This document shows, piece by piece, positions 58,391 through 64,000 of a stretch of 64,000 nt of DNA (position 1 is its first letter; each line of letters opens with the position of its first letter). Below the pieces are notes generated by a model that was not told the DNA's origin, did not search any database, and saw only the letters and a list, made by a program, of their open reading frames with translations. Origin of the DNA: Candidatus Aenigmatarchaeota archaeon (lineage in GTDB: Archaea > Aenigmatarchaeota > Aenigmatarchaeia > CG10238-14 > WAMV01). The DNA lies in the NCBI GenBank assembly GCA_015522145.1, contig WAMV01000007.1:1-64000 (forward strand), in the 5' to 3' direction. The position numbers and the translations under genes were made by a program.

Positions 58391-59123
58391 GCTTACCTAA
58401 GTATATTCCATCGAGCGAATAAATTTCTGCTTCATTCAAATCCAAGAAGTCTTTAGAGACAAAAAAGAAATTTTCTATACTATCTCTGTTTAAAACCAAA
58501 CTACCAAGTAATGAATTGAATGCTGGTAAAATTATTATCTCTAAATTTCCCAGCTTTCTTAATCTTAGTGCATCTTTTATTTTTTGTTTGTTCAGTTTTG
58601 ATTTAACCCAAACTCTTATCCTTCTAGTATACCCCATTTCATCTTTTATTTCAATGCCTGGCTGCAAGTGACCACAAAAAATAATATCGCAAAAATATGC
58701 TCTCAAATCTGGTGATGAGCTTCCGTGAAAAAAATAGTATTTGCTTAAAACAAATCCTTTTTGATCAAAGATTTTAAACTCTGGTAATATGTTTTCTAGT
58801 TTCCCGTCATGATTTCCTTTTACTATAAAAATGTCTTCAAAATGTTTTTTTAAATCTAAAAAGAAAGAACGAATAAATTTTTCCTCTTTGTATGTTGCTA
58901 TACCTATGCTATGCTTAACATCCCCTAAAACTATCAGCTTGTTTGCCTTGGTTTTTTGAGCTAGCTCTATTAGGGTTTTTTTCATTTTTTCGTGAACTGG
59001 CTTTATGTTAACCCCCTTCTCTCTATACTCTTCTTCTATACCTAAATGTAAATCAGAAATTACCAGAGAGTTTAGAGGTTTGACATAGCAAGCTGGATAT
59101 CCTTTCAGGAATTTTACTTTCAT
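58368..59123 (-). CDS. Metallophosphoesterase
   Basis: SDLHLG, GDVKH, GNHD, HG, GH; ATG 59123. Confidence 0.88.
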   Translation of the reverse strand: MKVKFLKGYPACYVKPLNSLVISDLHLGIEEEYREKGVNIKPVHEKMKKTLIELAQKTKANKLIVLGDVKHSIGIATYKEEKFIRSFFLDLKKHFEDIFIVKGNHDGKLENILPEFKIFDQKGFVLSKYYFFHGSSSPDLRAYFCDIIFCGHLQPGIEIKDEMGYTRRIRVWVKSKLNKQKIKDALRLRKLGNLEIIILPAFNSLLGSLVLNRDSIENFFFVSKDFLDLNEAEIYSLDGIYLGKLKHFLSI

Positions 59124-59156
59124 TAATTTTTTATTTAACACAACAACTTTAATTTT

Positions 59157-60587
59157 ATGAGAATACTTGGAGAGGTAGTTTCTGAACCCCATGCTCCCAA
59201 TACCATGGAATTTTGGTTTTTAGTAAAAGAAAGTGTTAATAAAAACCAATTTGTAAAAGTAAACAATCTTGTAGCTAGAGTTATCGAAATTTTCAACGAA
59301 AATGATATCTACAGAAATTTGCAACAGATTTCGCAAGTGATGAAGAGGAATAACAGATTTAGCGATTTCGTAAAAAGAGAGGAGTATAGCTATACTTTAG
59401 CTAAGGCCGAAATTCTGGATAGTTTAGATGGAAGCTACGTTAAGCCACCTTCGCCAGGTGATGTGGTGGAAGAAATTTCTAATGAAGAGTTATCAAAATT
59501 CTTAGGTTTAGAAGAGGGTGAATTAATGATTGGTACCTTAGAGTTTCATGAATTGCCCATCAGGCTAGATGTTGAAAGATTGCTTAAAAAACATTTAGCA
59601 ATTCTTGCCATGAGCGGTGCTGGTAAAAGTCATCTAGCTAGCGTAATAATGGAGGAATTGCTAAAATTGGAAAACAAGCCTATAATCATTGTTTTCGATG
59701 TTCATGGCGAATACATTGGGTTTGCAAAAGACTCAAATTTCGCTAAGGATGTGTTGCTTATAGATAGGAGCCAATTAAAAGTGCCTGTATGGGGTTTAAG
59801 CGTTTATGATTTTTCTAACCTGTTTCCTGAAATTTCTGGTCCGCAGAGAAGATTGCTAGATGATGCTATATCTGAGCTGAAGGATAGCATTTATGATTTA
59901 GAGGATATAATTAAGGTTGTAGAAGAGAAAGATGCTAAAGCAAACACAAAAGATTCTTTATTAGGTAAGCTTAAGTACATGCAAAGATTCTACTCTTTGA
60001 GTAAAGAAGAGTATCCAACAACAAATCTGTTAAATAACTATGGTTTAGTTATAATTGACCTATCCGAAATCTTAGATGTTGAGGAGAAACAGCTAATCGT
60101 TTATTACTTAATGAAAAAACTTTTTGAAGCCAGGAGAATGAAGCAGGTCAAGCCAGTTGTGTTTTTTGTAGAAGAGGCCCATCAATTCGCACCCCAAAGA
60201 TCAGAAGTTTCAACAATAACAAAAAACATTATAGAGAAAATTGCTAGAGAAGGAAGGAAATTCAACACATCTATTGTTTTAATAAGCCAAAGGCCTGTAA
60301 ATTTATCCACAACTGCTTTAAGCCAATGCAACACTCAAATAATAATGAGAATAACCAACCCAAATGATCTGGATCAAGTAAGCAAAAGTTCAGAAAAGAT
60401 ATCCAGAGAATTCATTAACCAGTTACCGGGGTTAAAAGTAGGACAGGCATTGATAGTTGGAGAGGCTGTTGATTATCCTATTTTAATAAGAGTTAGACCA
60501 AGGGAAAGTAGAAAAGAAGAGAAGTGGCTAAGTTTTAAGGAAGAGCTAAAAGCTTTTTCCAAACCAAAAGAAGAGCTTATGTTATAA
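59157..60587 (+). CDS. herA: HerA helicase/ATPase
   Basis: HAS barrel, HLAILAMSGAGKS, DVHGEY, EEAH, REGRKF, SQRP. Confidence 0.9.
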   Translation: MRILGEVVSEPHAPNTMEFWFLVKESVNKNQFVKVNNLVARVIEIFNENDIYRNLQQISQVMKRNNRFSDFVKREEYSYTLAKAEILDSLDGSYVKPPSPGDVVEEISNEELSKFLGLEEGELMIGTLEFHELPIRLDVERLLKKHLAILAMSGAGKSHLASVIMEELLKLENKPIIIVFDVHGEYIGFAKDSNFAKDVLLIDRSQLKVPVWGLSVYDFSNLFPEISGPQRRLLDDAISELKDSIYDLEDIIKVVEEKDAKANTKDSLLGKLKYMQRFYSLSKEEYPTTNLLNNYGLVIIDLSEILDVEEKQLIVYYLMKKLFEARRMKQVKPVVFFVEEAHQFAPQRSEVSTITKNIIEKIAREGRKFNTSIVLISQRPVNLSTTALSQCNTQIIMRITNPNDLDQVSKSSEKISREFINQLPGLKVGQALIVGEAVDYPILIRVRPRESRKEEKWLSFKEELKAFSKPKEELML

Positions 60588-62939
60588 TTTTACTATTTTT
60601 GTGGGTTCATCTACAGCCTTATTTCTGCTTAACAAATAAGCATGGCCTGTGATAGCGTCCTCCATTTTTTCATCATGAGTAATTATTAAAACTTGTTCCA
60701 AAAACTCTGATACTCTTTCTCTTAGAGCTCTTGCTAACTCCTCAACAGCCTTCTTGTCGAGGTTATGTGTTGGTTCATCTAAGACTAAAAGCTTTAGCTG
60801 TGGCGCCAAAACCAAAGCCAAAGCTATTCTTAATGCTAAAACCGCTAAGCTTCTTTCACCACCAGAAACAAAACCATCAACACTTACCCACCTACCAGCT
60901 TTATCTTGTAGCTGCAAAACATAATCGCCCTCTTCAACATTCAGCCTTATAGCAACATAATCCCCATATGGGTAAAGCGTTTCCCATACTCTATTCATTT
61001 CTAAATTTATAGAAGTCACGAATTCCTGTCTTAATTGAGTTTGTGTAAGCTTTAATGCTTTTTCCATTATTTTTAGGTTGGAGTATATTTTATCTAACTT
61101 TTCAATTTCTTCTTTGAGTTTCTTGATGTTTTCTAGTTGAGAATTTAGTTTTTCTACGCTGACATTTTTCTCCCTTTTCTCTCTCTCCAAAGACTCTAGC
61201 TCTTTTTCTAAAGATGCCTTCTTAGCTATAATTTTCTGTATTGTTTTTTCTATCTGTGTTAGCTTAGCTTCGTCAACTTCTCGAGAAATTTCCTCATGCT
61301 GCCTTAACAGGCTTGCTAGCTTGGCTTTTATACCGTTTACTTCATCTTCTAATTTAACATACTCTTCTATTTTTTCTATTAAAGAATCGTAAGCATCTAT
61401 TTCCTTTTCTAATTCTCTTAGATGAACTTCTTTCTTTTCTATAAGAGCTTCTTTTTCTTGCAGAGCTTTGCTTAGAGAGTTTAGCATTGACTCTCTTTTT
61501 CTTAATTCAAAAGTTAGGGTATCTGACTTTTTCTTAAGTTCGTCTAAGTCTGAAATTTCCTGATTCAACAATCTAATTTTCTCGTCTATTTTCTCTAATG
61601 TTTCTAACTCTTTCTTCTCTAACTCTAAGTTTCTGATGAGCGTTGCAAGTTCGCTCTCTGTTTCTTTCAATTCTTTGTTTTTTTTCTGAGAAATTTCAAA
61701 AATGTGTTCTGGCGTCAATGGAGAATTGCAAATTGGGCACTTTTCTTTAGCTTCTCTTAACTTTTCTAGACTTTCTTTTATTTCACTTGCCTTCATTTCC
61801 AAAAACTTTATCTTGGCTAATTTGCTCTCAACTTCTATTTTTTTATTTTTCAAAATTTCGTCAATGTTTGGATAGGTTTTGAGTAAACTATCTAATTGTT
61901 TTTTACTTTCTTCTTTTTCGGAAATTTTTAATTTTAAGTCAGCTATTTCGTTTTCTAGGGATTTTTTAGTGGATGTGTGGTGTATGATTTCCTCTCTTAA
62001 CTTTGCTAACTCATTCTTTTCTTTTTCCAACTCGTTTTTTAAGGTTTCTAATTTCGTCAAGAGCTCTTGTTTTTTATTTTCAAGGATTTCTTTAGACCTT
62101 CCCTCAACTTCCATCTTTAGTTGGGAAAGTCTTTTTGTTTTCTCCTCAAGCAAAGCCCTAGTTTTTTCCAGCTCTATAACAATATCATCAAGCTCTTTTT
62201 TCCTATTTCTTAAATATTCATAGTTGCTAGAAATTTGGGTTAGTTCTGTCTCAAGCGCATTTAGTTGTTGGGTGATTTCATGTATGTGTTTATTAATTTC
62301 ATCCAATCTACTTTCTAACTCAGAAATTTCTTTCTCTAACTCCTCTACATTGTAGGATTCATAAGCTTTTGCTATAGAATTTCTTTGATCTCTTATTCTG
62401 TTAGCCAAAGTAACGAGGTTTGATCTAATCTTTTCAAGTCTTTCAATCATTAACAACTCATCAACTTTCTTTATTCTCTGCCCTTTAGGCAATCTCAAAA
62501 AGTAGTCTAGGGAGTTTTGCTCTGAATAAATAACTTTGGAAAATAATTCATAGCTTGTTTTTAATATTTTCTCAATAAGTTCGCTAACCCTAGAGGGTTG
62601 AGCTTCTATTATTTTTCCGTTCTCAACAAGTTCTGCCTTTGTAGTACCTTTGCCCCTTTCTATTCTTCTACGAACAATGTATTCATTGTTTCTAAAACTG
62701 AAATGAAGCTCGACTTCTGCGTAATCTTTTAGCATTGGTTTTCTCATTATTATATCCTCAAGCTTTATTTTCTTCGAGCTCAGCGCAGGAAAAGTACCGT
62801 ACAAGGCAAAACAAATAGCATCTAGCACAGAGCTTTTACCACTACCTATTATGCCTATTAAGGCATTCGTGCCCAAACCAAACTCTAAGCTAGAGTTAAG
62901 ATGGGATTTCCAGTTTTTGAGCACCACTTTTTTTATCAT
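60582..62939 (-). CDS. rad50: Rad50 ATPase
   Basis: GSGKSS, Q-loop, coiled coil with CPIC hook, SGGE, LDEPT. Confidence 0.95.
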   Translation of the reverse strand: MIKKVVLKNWKSHLNSSLEFGLGTNALIGIIGSGKSSVLDAICFALYGTFPALSSKKIKLEDIIMRKPMLKDYAEVELHFSFRNNEYIVRRRIERGKGTTKAELVENGKIIEAQPSRVSELIEKILKTSYELFSKVIYSEQNSLDYFLRLPKGQRIKKVDELLMIERLEKIRSNLVTLANRIRDQRNSIAKAYESYNVEELEKEISELESRLDEINKHIHEITQQLNALETELTQISSNYEYLRNRKKELDDIVIELEKTRALLEEKTKRLSQLKMEVEGRSKEILENKKQELLTKLETLKNELEKEKNELAKLREEIIHHTSTKKSLENEIADLKLKISEKEESKKQLDSLLKTYPNIDEILKNKKIEVESKLAKIKFLEMKASEIKESLEKLREAKEKCPICNSPLTPEHIFEISQKKNKELKETESELATLIRNLELEKKELETLEKIDEKIRLLNQEISDLDELKKKSDTLTFELRKRESMLNSLSKALQEKEALIEKKEVHLRELEKEIDAYDSLIEKIEEYVKLEDEVNGIKAKLASLLRQHEEISREVDEAKLTQIEKTIQKIIAKKASLEKELESLEREKREKNVSVEKLNSQLENIKKLKEEIEKLDKIYSNLKIMEKALKLTQTQLRQEFVTSINLEMNRVWETLYPYGDYVAIRLNVEEGDYVLQLQDKAGRWVSVDGFVSGGERSLAVLALRIALALVLAPQLKLLVLDEPTHNLDKKAVEELARALRERVSEFLEQVLIITHDEKMEDAITGHAYLLSRNKAVDEPTKIVKL

Positions 62940-64000
62940 ACAAATCTACCAAGAGTTTTTTGTTTGTTGGTTAAAATGTTTAATGCTTTATCAACATCTT
63001 CTTCCAAAATCCTCATTATTTCTTCGTAGTCAATCAAATTAAAGTCAAACCCCATAGCTTCTAGATTCTTCCTTAGAATATTTGCGGAAATTTCCTCTAT
63101 TGATAAAGATTTGTCCCTTATCTCCCTTAATAGCTCAATACTTTTCCTGTATTCCTCAGAAATTATTTCTTTAGAAATTTTGACTATGGCTTTTTCTTTG
63201 AATTGATTTTCTATCTTTTTTATATTAGCTTCCCATGTTTGGTTAGCTTTTGTAATTACTTTAACCTTTATTATGGGTTTTTTAGAAAATTGCTGAGAAA
63301 GTGCTTTAGATATTTTCTCCTTTATATCATCTTCGCTTACAACATCCTTTCTAATCTCTAGATAAATGAACTTTCTTTGATTTTTAAAGGGTATGAATTG
63401 AATATCAAAATTATTTTCGTTGATAGTTATTTTGTAGTACCCCTTTTCTTCCTCAGATTCGTTTTTTTCAAATTGAGTGACTATGGAGCTTCCTGTTATG
63501 AGTAGGGTTGTGTTCCCTATTTTATCAATAGCTTTTTTATGAACATGTCCATTTATAATCAAATCAAAACCTTTTGGTAAATCCCCAATTCTAATGCTTG
63601 GTATGTCTAGGGGCGAATATACATAGGGGTGTACATTCTGATGAAGCATTAATATATTAAAAGCGTTCTCCAAAGGCTTTGGATTCCAATTTTGAAGCAT
63701 TTGTAACGCATAAGCTTCTGGTACATTGCTCATACCAAATATAGCCACTTTCATGTCATCTTTCTCAAAAACCAATCTGTTTTGATGTAGATGGATTAAA
63801 AATCCTCCCCTCTCTAAAGCTTGAACGGGATTTATTTCACTTCTTGTTCTTCTTTCATGATTTCCATGCAAAGCAATAACAGGAATTGAGCTAAGAGTTT
63901 TTGATGAAGAATCGAGTAGCTCTTTATCTGCATCTATAAGCTTAATTTTGGATTTTCCTTTTAAAGGAACTGAAAATACTTGCAAAGCTTTACCCCAAGT
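62936..64000 (-). CDS. mre11: Mre11 nuclease (5' end beyond the window)
   Basis: HGNHE, LHQ, GHVH, GS motifs; directly upstream of rad50. Confidence 0.92.
   Translation of the reverse strand, partial: TWGKALQVFSVPLKGKSKIKLIDADKELLDSSSKTLSSIPVIALHGNHERRTRSEINPVQALERGGFLIHLHQNRLVFEKDDMKVAIFGMSNVPEAYALQMLQNWNPKPLENAFNILMLHQNVHPYVYSPLDIPSIRIGDLPKGFDLIINGHVHKKAIDKIGNTTLLITGSSIVTQFEKNESEEEKGYYKITINENNFDIQFIPFKNQRKFIYLEIRKDVVSEDDIKEKISKALSQQFSKKPIIKVKVITKANQTWEANIKKIENQFKEKAIVKISKEIISEEYRKSIELLREIRDKSLSIEEISANILRKNLEAMGFDFNLIDYEEIMRILEEDVDKALNILTNKQKTLGRFV

Noticed and set aside
1..64000. CRISPR arrays, rRNA genes, inteins, recoded stop codons
   Set aside because: No spaced repeats or rRNA-like stretch seen; core proteins have normal lengths under the standard code

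Overview
AT-rich, gene-dense archaeal chromosome segment. A fused PriS-PriL primase, a short uL22 and reduced metabolism point to DPANN, possibly Aenigmatarchaeota; this assignment is inference. It is mostly core machinery: a fragmented, partly inverted S10-spc ribosomal protein cluster, four aminoacyl-tRNA synthetases, PCNA/TFS/primase/GINS, aIF5B, HerA/Rad50/Mre11, Cbf5, four tRNAs and a copper/oxidative-stress cluster. The strongest signal is non-coding. Both tRNA-Ser genes carry 37/38 introns laid out as box C/D guide RNAs. tRNA-Ser(UGA), directly behind cbf5, also has a ~45-nt 5' leader with a D'/C' motif flanked by two antisense elements that pair with its own two exon-intron junctions; the +5 rule predicts 2'-O-methylation of wobble U34. 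Other observations are a Cys-rich small gene apparently starting at ACG, candidate operators for the copper operon and hsp20, and unannotated small ORFs. No CRISPR array or mobile element was seen. All calls come from reading motifs by eye; no searches were run.
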